The notes under the pieces: generated by a model
Told to the model about the DNA's origin: nothing
Database searches by the model: none
The model's input: the letters and a program-made list of their open reading frames with translations, nothing else
Part shown: in pieces, positions 1 through 8,233 of the stretch
How the letters are laid out: every line of letters starts with the position of its first letter
Position numbering within the stretch: the stretch's first letter is position 1
Position numbers and translations under genes: made by a program
DNA from: Haloimpatiens lingqiaonensis
GTDB lineage: Bacteria > Bacillota > Clostridia > Clostridiales > Clostridiaceae
DNA: 24,000 nt
NCBI RefSeq assembly: GCF_044502415.1
Contig: NZ_CP172402.1
Reading direction: 5' to 3' (one strand)

Positions 1-408
1 ATAATCATCACAGAATTTTTTACACGTATTTTCATTTACCTTATATAAGTATTTTAATAAATTTTGTTGATCATTTATTGATAAATCCTTATATGGGTGA
101 TTAATGATATCATTAATTAATTCTTTTTTAATTCCTGTGTTATTTTGGATGTTATCTAGTGCGTTTTCATGTAATTCCAAAGTTAATAAATCTATTAATT
201 TAAAAGTTAAGGAGTTTGTATTATTTATTTGATGTATTGATACATTCAAAGCACCTGCTATTTTTTGTAGAGTTTCAAATTTAGGTTTTCTATCACCATT
301 TTCATATTTCCTTATTGAAATTTCAGATATTCCAGCGGCAGTAGCTAATTCTTTCTGAGTTAAGTTTTTATCATTTCTTAGGTTTCTAATTTTATCTCCA
401 ATATTCAT
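1..408 (-). CDS. XRE-family HTH repressor, phage cI-like (partial; 3' end lies outside the window)
   Basis: Hand translation of the minus strand from ATG at 408-406 gives MNIGDKIRNLRNDKNLTQKELATAAGISEISIRKYENGDRKPKFETLQKIAGALNVS..., a typical HTH_3/XRE motif. The frame stays open to position 1. GGAGG Shine-Dalgarno (complement of 416-420) lies 7 nt upstream. The gene is divergent from a cro-like gene. Confidence 0.75.
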   Translation of the reverse strand, partial: MNIGDKIRNLRNDKNLTQKELATAAGISEISIRKYENGDRKPKFETLQKIAGALNVSIHQINNTNSLTFKLIDLLTLELHENALDNIQNNTGIKKELINDIINHPYKDLSINDQQNLLKYLYKVNENTCKKFCDDY

Positions 409-443
409 AAAACATACCTCCTAAAAATATATTATCACAAAAA

Positions 444-530
444 CGATACAAAAGTATACTAAAAAAATAAAAAAGAATTGATAACGATACAAAAGTATAA
501 TAATATTTAATTAACCGATACAAAAGTATA
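444..530. promoter_or_regulatory. Three direct copies of the operator-like repeat CGATACAAAAGTATA (444-458, 485-499, 516-530), each containing the inverted core ATAC-N4-GTAT
   Basis: Exact 15-nt repeat read three times in the 137-bp divergent intergenic region between two XRE HTH genes. Confidence 0.55.
478..506 (+). promoter_or_regulatory. Candidate sigma-A promoter for the cro-like gene: TTGATA (478-483), 17-nt spacer, TAATAT (501-506)
   Basis: Near-consensus hexamers with a 17-nt spacer. The middle operator copy (485-499) lies entirely within the spacer. Confidence 0.45.
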
Positions 531-545
531 TACAGGGGTGAAATA

Positions 546-734
546 GTGAACGTAAAACTTAAAAGAATAGAAAAAGGAATAAAACAACAGGATTTTGCAA
601 AGACGTTAGGCATTTCTAAGGCAACTTTAGTAAAAATTGAAAAGGGTGAATATGACATAAGGCTTAGTCTAATGAAAAAGATAGCTGTAGCACTAGATTC
701 TACAGTAGAAGAATTATTTTTTTCAGAAGAATAA
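546..734 (+). CDS. Cro-like small XRE-family HTH protein
   Basis: 62-aa ORF with a GTG start after AGGGGTG. Sequence MNVKLKRIEKGIKQQDFAKTLGISKATLVKIEKGE... is a helix-turn-helix motif. Divergent from the cI-like gene. Confidence 0.75.
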   Translation: MNVKLKRIEKGIKQQDFAKTLGISKATLVKIEKGEYDIRLSLMKKIAVALDSTVEELFFSEE

Positions 735-875
735 TTAAAAAAATTTTAAATTACAGTTATATTTTTTAAAAATAATGTGTGATTAGGTATATCATTAATA
801 ATTTATTAGTCAAGTTCTAGCATAAAATCATACTTCGCTAGTCCTAAGAAGATGTATAGGTTAAGCTCCAGGTAA

Positions 876-1256
876 AACCCACTGGAGGCTAAGGGGTTCA
901 TCATAATATGGATAAAACTTTACAGAGAATTACTTCAAAGCGATGTGTTCTATAATGAAAAGCTATTAAAAGTGTTTATTTGGTGTTTATGCAAAGCGAG
1001 TCATACTAATCATATGCAAATGGTAGGTAGACAATCTGTACCATTAGAACCTGGGCAATTTGTTACAGGCAGACTAAAAGCCGGAATAGAATTAAATATG
1101 CCACCATCTACTGCATGGGATTATTTAAAACTTTTAGAACGTAGTGGCACTATGAATATAAAGTCCAACAACAAATTTTCTATTGTAACCATTGAAAACT
1201 GGGGAAAATATCAAAATGACATTATGTTAGTGGTAAAATGCCCTTATAGGGCTTAA
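876..1256 (+). pseudogene. Remnant of a phage replication / replisome-organizer N-terminal winged-helix domain; no canonical start codon and truncated at the C-terminus
   Basis: The open frame from 876 reads ...GFIIIWIKLYRELLQSDVFYNEKLLKVFIWCLCKASH...GQFVTGRLKAGIELNMPPSTAWDYLKLLERSGTMNIKSNNKFSIVTIENWGKYQ. The WIKLYR...ENWGKYQ pattern is typical of phage replication-protein N-termini. GGAGG at 884-888 is not followed by ATG, GTG or TTG in frame. The GTG at 945 used by the ORF track has no RBS. The ORF ends abruptly (..IMLVVKCPYRA) just before a terminator hairpin. Confidence 0.55.
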
Positions 1257-1262
1257 GAAAAA

Positions 1263-1292
1263 CCACCAGCTAAGCTGGTGGATATTTATTTT
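1263..1292 (+). terminator. Rho-independent terminator
   Basis: Perfect 8-bp stem CCACCAGC (1263-1270) / GCTGGTGG (1274-1281) with loop TAA, followed by a T-rich tail ATATTTATTTT. Confidence 0.6.
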
Positions 1293-1666
1293 AAGTTGTG
1301 GTTAAAATGCATTTTGTCGTTAATGTGTCGTTAGGTATATAGAGCTAGTTATTCAATACATTATCAATAAAAAAGTAAAATATTAAATAAAAGTAAACAA
1401 ATTAGATATTTAGCCGATAATATATTTAATAGAATTTTAATGCTAAATTAAACAACTAGGGAAATGTATTTAATTATTGAGGCACATTTCATGGCTGTTA
1501 AAGTTTAATTTGCAGTTATCAAGTAATATATATGTTATATATTAGATGGAATATTGATAATAATTATAATATTATACTAAAATATGTGGTAAATTATTAT
1601 TATAATTATTTTGAATATTATAAATATAGTGTTTTTTATCTTTTTATTAAGGGGGAGATAAGAAAA

Positions 1667-3979
1667 ATGGGGAATAAATTAAAGGATATGTTTTTAGGTA
1701 AAAAAAGTATATTTAAGAAAATTAAATTTAAGAAACTTAAAAAAACAAAGCTTTCACATGAAACAGACACTAAAAACCAAGTAAAGAATAAGGAGCAGGT
1801 AAATGTTGAAGATGAAGTAATTGTTAAAAATGATGTAAATGTTAAAGAAGGAGTAATACTTTCAAAAAAAGTAGATACTCAGGGGAAAAAGAAAAAAAAT
1901 AATAAAATAAAAAACTCTAAAGTTAAAAGTTTAAAAGGCACAATATCTATAAGAAAACAAATACCAATACTTATATCTTTAATAGTAATTATATCGATTT
2001 TTATTACATATGGAGTTGTATACTATGAAGGTTCTAGGGTACTTATAAAGCAAAGTGAAAATGAAATGATGTCCATAAATAAAAGATCTATAGAAACAAT
2101 AAATGTAATGTTAGAAAAAAATACGGTAGAGGTGGGAAGCTTAGCAAATTCTCAGGAATTATTTAATATATTACAGTTGAAGTTTGAAAACAAAGGTAAT
2201 TATGAGGGTTTAATAAATACTATTAATGATCAGTTTTTAAATTATAAGGATAAAAGAACTTACATAGAAGATATATTTTTAGTAGGTGCAGATGGCAAAA
2301 TATTATCTTCTAGTGAGCAGTCTTTAATTGGTGTGGATTTAAATAAGGAAGATTATAATAATAAAACAATTGGTGGAAATAGTGCAGTAAGTGGCACTAT
2401 AAAATCTAATAAGTCTGGAAAGCCTATAGTTGTGTTCACTTCACCTATAATAGATCATAAAAATTACGATCAAGTTATAGGATACGTAGGCATGTCTGTT
2501 TATGCAGAAAGCTTTTCAGAAAATCTAAAAAATATAAGTGTGGGTGAAACTAAAAATAGCTATGCCTACTTACTAGATGAAAAAGGACTTATAATATATC
2601 ATCCAGACAGTAAAAAGATGGGTAAAACCTCTGAGGTAGCTATATTCAACAACATAGTAAAGGATATACAGAAAGGCAAAAAGGTAGAGGATGCTACAGA
2701 AAAATACACCTATAAGGGTATTAAAAAAATAGGAGCATATAGTGTGATTCCAAATACATCTTGGCTTTTGATATTAAACTCTGAAGAAAGTGAAATAAAC
2801 AAGCCACTACAAAGAATAACTAGGAATTTAAGTATTATTTGCTTGATTATCATAGGCATATCTATTTTAATAGGAACAATAGCTTCAAAGAAAATTACAG
2901 GTCCTATTGCCAAGATGACTGATAATATTAATAAAATAGCTAATTTAGATTTAACACATGAGGATGAGTATAATGAATTAGCGGATAGAAAAGATGAAGT
3001 AGGGGTAATAGTTAGATCTATATTTAAGATGAGAAATACATTAAGCGAAGTTGTTTCAGAAATTATAAAGGCTAGTGATAATATAAATGAAAATGCTTAT
3101 TTGGTAGATGCACTGACAGAAAAGCTAAAGGTACGAGCAGAAGATACTTCGCATCATACAGAAGAAATGTCAGCGTCCATAGAAGAAATGGCAGCTACTT
3201 TTGAGGAAATATCAGCTTCCTCAGGAAACATGGGAGAGTCTATTAAGGTTATCTCTAACAAATCACAGGAAGGCTTTAACAAGACTCAGGAGATAGTTGC
3301 AGATTCAGAGAAGGTTGTACAGGATTCTTATAAAGCTATAGAAAGCTCCAATGAAGTTTATGCTAAGGTTAAAGTTGAGCTAGAAAGTGCCATAGAAAAA
3401 TCAAAGGTAGTTAAACGCATAGAGGGATTAGTAAACGGAATAATTGATATAACTAACCAAACCAATTTATTAGCTCTAAATGCTAGTATAGAAGCGGCTA
3501 GAGCAGGAGACGCTGGCAGAGGCTTTTCTGTGGTAGCAGATGAGGTTAGAAAATTAGCGGAACAATCGGCAAAAATTGCTTCAGATATTCAAGAAATAGT
3601 TAAAGTGGTAAATGCTTCAGTGGATAATCTAACTCTCAGCTCAGATAAAATACTAAAATTTGTGGATAAAGAAATCAAATCTGATTATGAAAAAATTATA
3701 GATATGGGAAAACAATATAAAGAAGATGCCAACACATTTGAAAACTTTATGAATCATTTTTCAAGTGAAGCAGAGGGAATTAATACTACTATAAATAGTA
3801 TAGTAAGTGCTATAGAAGAAGTGAATGAAAATATAAATTCAGAAGCGCAAGATGTGGAAGGTATAGCTATTAAGGTTGTAGAAATCAGCCAAGAATTATC
3901 TAATATCAAGGAAAATTCCTTGAAGAATAAATATAGTGCTGAAAAACTTAAAGAAATTACAGCCAAGTTTAAAATATAA
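1667..3979 (+). CDS. Methyl-accepting chemotaxis protein (dCache-type sensor, HAMP, MCP signalling domain) with a lysine-rich N-terminal extension
   Basis: ATG at 1667 follows the strong RBS AAGGGGGAGA. The upstream 45 codons of the track ORF are Y/N-rich AT junk. Two TM segments are present ([22 protein letters not shown]; [19 protein letters not shown]). The periplasmic region carries the Cache-like motif [16 protein letters not shown]. The highly conserved MCP core [34 protein letters not shown] is present. Confidence 0.9.
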   Translation: MGNKLKDMFLGKKSIFKKIKFKKLKKTKLSHETDTKNQVKNKEQVNVEDEVIVKNDVNVKEGVILSKKVDTQGKKKKNNKIKNSKVKSLKGTISIRKQIPILISLIVIISIFITYGVVYYEGSRVLIKQSENEMMSINKRSIETINVMLEKNTVEVGSLANSQELFNILQLKFENKGNYEGLINTINDQFLNYKDKRTYIEDIFLVGADGKILSSSEQSLIGVDLNKEDYNNKTIGGNSAVSGTIKSNKSGKPIVVFTSPIIDHKNYDQVIGYVGMSVYAESFSENLKNISVGETKNSYAYLLDEKGLIIYHPDSKKMGKTSEVAIFNNIVKDIQKGKKVEDATEKYTYKGIKKIGAYSVIPNTSWLLILNSEESEINKPLQRITRNLSIICLIIIGISILIGTIASKKITGPIAKMTDNINKIANLDLTHEDEYNELADRKDEVGVIVRSIFKMRNTLSEVVSEIIKASDNINENAYLVDALTEKLKVRAEDTSHHTEEMSASIEEMAATFEEISASSGNMGESIKVISNKSQEGFNKTQEIVADSEKVVQDSYKAIESSNEVYAKVKVELESAIEKSKVVKRIEGLVNGIIDITNQTNLLALNASIEAARAGDAGRGFSVVADEVRKLAEQSAKIASDIQEIVKVVNASVDNLTLSSDKILKFVDKEIKSDYEKIIDMGKQYKEDANTFENFMNHFSSEAEGINTTINSIVSAIEEVNENINSEAQDVEGIAIKVVEISQELSNIKENSLKNKYSAEKLKEITAKFKI

Positions 3980-4056
3980 AAGTCTTTATAAAAGGTTTTT
4001 ATAAGAAAAAGCCTTTATAAAAATGGTCCATTGTACTAAGAATAAATACAAAAATG

Positions 4057-4108
4057 GGGCTGTTGCAATAAGAATATATAATATATAAATTCTTTAATGC
4101 AACAGCCC
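4057..4108. terminator. Bidirectional terminator hairpin between the convergent MCP and psd genes
   Basis: 11-bp stem GGGCTGTTGCA (4057-4067) / TGCAACAGCCC (4098-4108). The loop is long (30 nt). T-rich sequence flanks the stem on both strands. Confidence 0.45.
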
Positions 4109-4184
4109 TTGTAATTTTATCTTACGAAGTTAGTGGCTATAAGCTTTTATAGCATAGTATTTCAATTCATAAAAGCTTGTAAAT

Positions 4185-5075
4185 TTATTTTACAAAGGTG
4201 GTTCCTATTGGTTCCCCAAGAATTACAGAACACTCATATCCTAGCTGGGTTTGTTTTAATATATCCTGGTGAATTTTCACAGAATTCTTTTGGAAAAAAA
4301 TAATTACTGTAGAACCGCCAAATTTAAAAAGTCCCTTTTCATCACCTTTTTTCACATCATTATTTGGGGTATAAGTTTGTATTATTGAGCCCACACAAGT
4401 AGCGCCTACTTCTATATAAAGCACTTCATTGAAGTTTTTAGAGCTTAAAATACTCCACTCTCTTTTGTTTTGGCAAAATAGCTTTTTCACATTTTTAAGA
4501 GCTATTGGATTTACAGAATAATAGTGACCAGTTATCTTTTGAGTAGGAGAGCATTTTCCCTCATCTACAAAGTGAAATCTGTGATAATCTGTAGGACAAA
4601 GTCTGAATATAAGACAGCAGCCGTCCGTATAGTTTTCAGCTATATTTTTATTGCCTATTAATTCCTGGAGTGAGTAAGTAATTCCCTTAACTTGTATTAA
4701 GCTGTCTATATCTACATGATCATAGGCCAAAACTTTTCCGTCACAAGGAGAAATAAGTATATTGTTTTCCAAGGAAATATTTCTAGCATCCTTATTTAGT
4801 TCTCTAATAAAAAAATCATTAAAGTTTCTAAAATCATGTCTTTTAAATTCTTTTGTATCTATACTAAATTCCCTAATAAAACCAGGTATTTTTCTTTTAC
4901 TTAAAGAACAGTCACAGTAATGGCCATAAAGCTTGGAGAAAACCTTCTTTTTTAGTACTGCCTCTAGAAACTTCATGCCCATAGGTGATGAATAGGTCCA
5001 GTTTAAGTATTTTTCTCCTGCCACCTTCTCAGTTTTGTAGCATTTATTTTTTCTATCAAAAAATTTAATTTCCAT
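4185..5075 (-). CDS. psd: Phosphatidylserine decarboxylase proenzyme
   Basis: Protein [34 protein letters not shown]... contains the self-cleavage motif [12 protein letters not shown] (G-S-T). I place the start at the second ATG (5075) because AGAGGT lies 6 nt upstream. The ATG at 5090 has no RBS. Confidence 0.85.
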   Translation of the reverse strand: MEIKFFDRKNKCYKTEKVAGEKYLNWTYSSPMGMKFLEAVLKKKVFSKLYGHYCDCSLSKRKIPGFIREFSIDTKEFKRHDFRNFNDFFIRELNKDARNISLENNILISPCDGKVLAYDHVDIDSLIQVKGITYSLQELIGNKNIAENYTDGCCLIFRLCPTDYHRFHFVDEGKCSPTQKITGHYYSVNPIALKNVKKLFCQNKREWSILSSKNFNEVLYIEVGATCVGSIIQTYTPNNDVKKGDEKGLFKFGGSTVIIFFQKNSVKIHQDILKQTQLGYECSVILGEPIGTTFVK

Positions 5076-5322
5076 ATATATACCTCTCATCTAGTGAAAA
5101 TATTACATAAGTTTCCTAACTTAATTCAATATAAGGTATTATAACATATATAATAATATTCATTCTAGGTTATTATAGTATCTGCAAATTTTATAGTTTT
5201 ATTTTGCAACTGTAAAATTTGAATTAGATTAAAACAATTGCACCTCCCAAAAATAAGCGGTTAAAATATACAGAAAATTTCGCCTAATTATAAAATAAAG
5301 ATATTTTAGGCTTTTTAATAAG

Positions 5323-5338
5323 TATACTAAATAGTATA
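5323..5338. promoter_or_regulatory. Palindrome TATACTA-AA-TAGTATA overlapping a TATAAT -10 box (5335-5340); candidate TetR operator
   Basis: 7-bp perfect inverted arms read directly, located 60 bp upstream of the TetR gene start. Confidence 0.35.
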
Positions 5339-5397
5339 ATATATCTTGGACGAATTTAAAGAAAAGACACAGCGATAATTTAAATGGAGTGATATAA

Positions 5398-5964
5398 GTG
5401 AATAAAACTAAAAGAGCAATTTTTCAAGCTGCAGTAAAAATATTTTCAAAATATGGGTACGAAGGAGCTACCATGGATGGAATAGCGGCTAATGCAGGGG
5501 TAGCTAAGGGTACTTTATACTATCATTTTAAAAGCAAGCAGGAGATATTTGAGTATATAATAACTAAAGGTATAAATATGATAAGAGAAGAAGTAGAAGA
5601 AGCAGTTAATGCAGAGAAAACATACATATCTAGGTTAAGGGAATTATGTAGAATACAATTAAATACTATATATAAAAATGGTGATTTTTTCAAAGTTATA
5701 ATGAGTCAGTTATGGGGACAACATATAACAAATTTACAATTAAGGGATGCCATAGGGAATTATATAGAGTTTATAGAGAAAAATTTAAAAGAAGCCATGG
5801 AAAGTGGGGAAGTTAGAAAAGGAGAGTCTAAGTTTATGGCTTATACATTTTTTGGAGTTTTGTGTTCCGCGGCGGTTTATGAGCTTATAAACAAGGACAT
5901 AAAGGATGTGGATGAGGTTATAGATAATCTAATAACCTATACCATTGAAGGCATAGGAGCTTAA
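5398..5964 (+). CDS. TetR/AcrR-family transcriptional regulator
   Basis: N-terminal sequence KRAIFQAAVKIFSKYGYEGATMDGIAANAGVAKGTLYYHFKSKQEIF is the canonical TetR_N HTH. GTG start lies 8 nt after GGAG. Confidence 0.85.
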   Translation: MNKTKRAIFQAAVKIFSKYGYEGATMDGIAANAGVAKGTLYYHFKSKQEIFEYIITKGINMIREEVEEAVNAEKTYISRLRELCRIQLNTIYKNGDFFKVIMSQLWGQHITNLQLRDAIGNYIEFIEKNLKEAMESGEVRKGESKFMAYTFFGVLCSAAVYELINKDIKDVDEVIDNLITYTIEGIGA

Positions 5965-5987
5965 AGATATAGCTAAATGTAAAATAG

Positions 5988-6033
5988 CCACTTGTGCTGT
6001 CAATTGTAAACTAGACATGCAACAGTGGTTTTT
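5988..6033 (+). terminator. Imperfect terminator hairpin after the TetR gene
   Basis: CCACTTGTGC (5988-5997) pairs with GCAACAGTGG (6019-6028) at 8 of 10 positions, followed by TTTTT. Confidence 0.4.
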
Positions 6034-6058
6034 GGTACAATTCCATGAAATTTTATTA

Positions 6059-6090
6059 AAATGTAGAATGTAAATATACATTCTACATTT
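6059..6090. terminator. Perfect 13-bp hairpin overlapping the UbiB-like stop codon
   Basis: AAATGTAGAATGT (6059-6071) / ACATTCTACATTT (6078-6090) with loop AAATAT. T-runs are present on both strands. Confidence 0.5.
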
Positions 6091-7684
6091 TTCCAGATCG
6101 TATAATAGATATTAAAAGCCAAAAGCCCATTATGGCTGCTATAAAGAAGCCAAAGACGCCTATAATGGACATATTGTACATTTTAGGGCCGGTATTTGAA
6201 CTAAGTACAAAGGATGAGCCTATTATCATGGAGGATATAACCAGAGCAAAGGTGATTCTATTGACCATTTTATTAAGCTCATTTACAGAGCTTTCAAGGT
6301 CTTTAACTTCTAGTTTAACCTTAGCCCTTCCAGTTAAGACACTATCTATAAGTTCAATGCCCTTTGAAGGCAATCTTTTAATGCTTTTAAAGAATTTATA
6401 AGAGCCTATAACCAATTCATCAAAATCTAAATCCTTTAAAAAAGTGAACTTATTATAGGATTTAACAAAAGGAATGGCTACGTCCATTATTTTAATTTCC
6501 GGGGCAATTTCAGCCACTACCCCTTCTATTATCACCATACCCCTCATTAATAAAGTTAAATCCTTAGGTAATTGAATATTATTTTGTTTGCAGGCATCAA
6601 ATATTTCTTGAAGCATAATAGATATTTTTATATTTTGCAAAGAAGTATTTAGATAGCTGGCAAAAATATAATCAATATCCTCGTAAAGCTTATTTCTATC
6701 TATATAGCCTTTCTTTATGCCTATGGCAAAAACCACAGATATCATTTTATCTATATCGTTATAGGCCACAGCTAGTATTATGTCATTTAAACTTTCCTTT
6801 AAGGAGGGTTGAATTTCTCCCATTATGCCAAAATCGATAAAACATATTTTACCCTCTTTTATAATTAAATTGCCAGGATGAGGGTCTCCATGGAAGAAGC
6901 CATCATTAAAAACCTGCTTAAAGTAACATAAGGCTAATTTCTTGCCAATGTCCTTTAAATCATAGCCATTAGAGCGTAAAATATCAATATTATTTATCTT
7001 AAAACCATCTATTTTTTCCATGGTGAGAACTTTTTTTCCACACAATTCATATACTACATAAGGAGCATAAGCACATTTAACACTTTCATTAAGGATTTTG
7101 AATTTCTTTATGTTTTCCCTTTCAAAGTTAAAATCTAGCTCTGTTTTTGTAGCGTCTATTAACTCGTCAACAGCTTCTTTGGGATCTATTAAAGCATCAG
7201 AAAATCTAGCTTTTGTTAGGGAAAAAATTTTAGAAAGTATAGATAAATCCAAATGCATTTTCTCGTATATATCTGGTCTTTGAATTTTAACTATAACTTC
7301 TTCACCAGTTTTTAATGTAGCTTCATGAACTTGAGCTATGGATGCAGAAGCTAAAGGACTTCTATTGAATTTTAAAAATACTTCGTCTATGTTTTTGTTA
7401 AATTCCTTATAAAAGACATTATTTATATCATAAAAAGATTCTTCTATTACGTTATCCTGAAGCTTTACCAGCTCTTCTATATAATTTGCAGGAAGAATAT
7501 CTGGTCTTGTGCTTAATATTTGACCTATTTTTATAAAGGTAGGCCCTAACTCCTCAAAAGCTGTTCTTAAATTTACAGGAGCATTAGCTGACTTATTTAT
7601 TTTAGAATCTATTATGTAACCAAAACCATGTTTTGTTAATACTCTTATGATTTCTCTAAATCTGCGCACTGATTTTCTAACCAT
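6083..7684 (-). CDS. ABC1/UbiB-family atypical protein kinase with C-terminal TM helices
   Basis: 533-aa protein with ELGPTFIKIGQILSTRPDILP, ASIAQVHEA, FFHGDPHPGNL and IDFGIMG motifs typical of the ABC1/AarF/UbiB family. The C-terminus is hydrophobic. RBS AGAGG lies 8 nt upstream. Confidence 0.85.
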   Translation of the reverse strand: MVRKSVRRFREIIRVLTKHGFGYIIDSKINKSANAPVNLRTAFEELGPTFIKIGQILSTRPDILPANYIEELVKLQDNVIEESFYDINNVFYKEFNKNIDEVFLKFNRSPLASASIAQVHEATLKTGEEVIVKIQRPDIYEKMHLDLSILSKIFSLTKARFSDALIDPKEAVDELIDATKTELDFNFERENIKKFKILNESVKCAYAPYVVYELCGKKVLTMEKIDGFKINNIDILRSNGYDLKDIGKKLALCYFKQVFNDGFFHGDPHPGNLIIKEGKICFIDFGIMGEIQPSLKESLNDIILAVAYNDIDKMISVVFAIGIKKGYIDRNKLYEDIDYIFASYLNTSLQNIKISIMLQEIFDACKQNNIQLPKDLTLLMRGMVIIEGVVAEIAPEIKIMDVAIPFVKSYNKFTFLKDLDFDELVIGSYKFFKSIKRLPSKGIELIDSVLTGRAKVKLEVKDLESSVNELNKMVNRITFALVISSMIIGSSFVLSSNTGPKMYNMSIIGVFGFFIAAIMGFWLLISIIRSGKM

Positions 7685-7721
7685 TTTTTAATCCTCTGCC
7701 TTAAATAAATTTTTATAAAAG

Positions 7722-7755
7722 AAAAGCCCGTAAGATTTTTAGGCTTCGGGCTTTT
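7722..7755 (-). terminator. Terminator hairpin downstream of the phasin-like gene
   Basis: AAAAGCCCG (7722-7730) / CGGGCTTTT (7747-7755). On the minus strand the stem is followed by a T-rich tract. Confidence 0.5.
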
Positions 7756-7762
7756 AAATGCA

Positions 7763-8092
7763 TTATTGATTGTTTGTTAAAGAGTCCAATTTTTCTTGAA
7801 GCTTAGATATTTCTAACTTTAAATCATCCACTTCATCTTTAGAAACAAAATTCATTTCTTTTAATAAACTAGCCATATCTTCCTTTGTTAATGGCTTATT
7901 TTCAACGTTTTCTTTTACATTTTCAGTAGTGTTTTTTATATTTCTTTTTAGTTCCTCAGATAATTCTTTGCCTTCTTCTACAGTTAACTTACCTTTTTCA
8001 ACTAAATCATTAACCATTTTAGAGGCTTTTTCGTAAGTATATGCTGCGGAACCAATGCCAGCAAGAAATATGTTTTTTATTTCATTTTTCAT
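7763..8092 (-). CDS. Phasin-like coiled-coil protein (COG3937-type)
   Basis: 109-aa protein with N-terminal FLAGIGSAAYTYEKASKMVNDLVEKGKLTVEEGKEL, recalled as typical of the phasin-like family often adjacent to UbiB-like kinases in Firmicutes. GGGAGG RBS lies 8 nt upstream. Confidence 0.6.
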   Translation of the reverse strand: MKNEIKNIFLAGIGSAAYTYEKASKMVNDLVEKGKLTVEEGKELSEELKRNIKNTTENVKENVENKPLTKEDMASLLKEMNFVSKDEVDDLKLEISKLQEKLDSLTNNQ

Positions 8093-8233
8093 AATTATAA
8101 CCTCCCTAAGTATATTATTTCAAAACCCTATGAGAATATTATACTCCAATGTATTTTAAAATAATATAGTATAAAAGTTAAATAATTATTAAATTGCCTA
8201 AAATAGCCTTAATAGGTCTGGAATAACGTTTAA

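Noticed and set aside
392-658. 88-aa minus-strand ORF spanning the cI/cro intergenic region
   Set aside because: It runs through the operator and promoter repeats and antisense to the cro-like gene. The sequence is hydrophobic junk with no RBS. The real minus-strand gene starts at 408 in another register.
1532-1666. The first 45 codons of the track ORF upstream of the MCP start
   Set aside because: The translation ([21 protein letters not shown]) is Y/N/I-rich, typical of translated AT-rich promoter DNA. The strong RBS AAGGGGGAGA directly precedes the ATG at 1667.
1293-1666. Possible c-di-GMP or other riboswitch in the long leader upstream of the MCP gene
   Set aside because: I could not find the conserved GEMM-type core or any GC-supported helices. 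The region is almost pure A/T.
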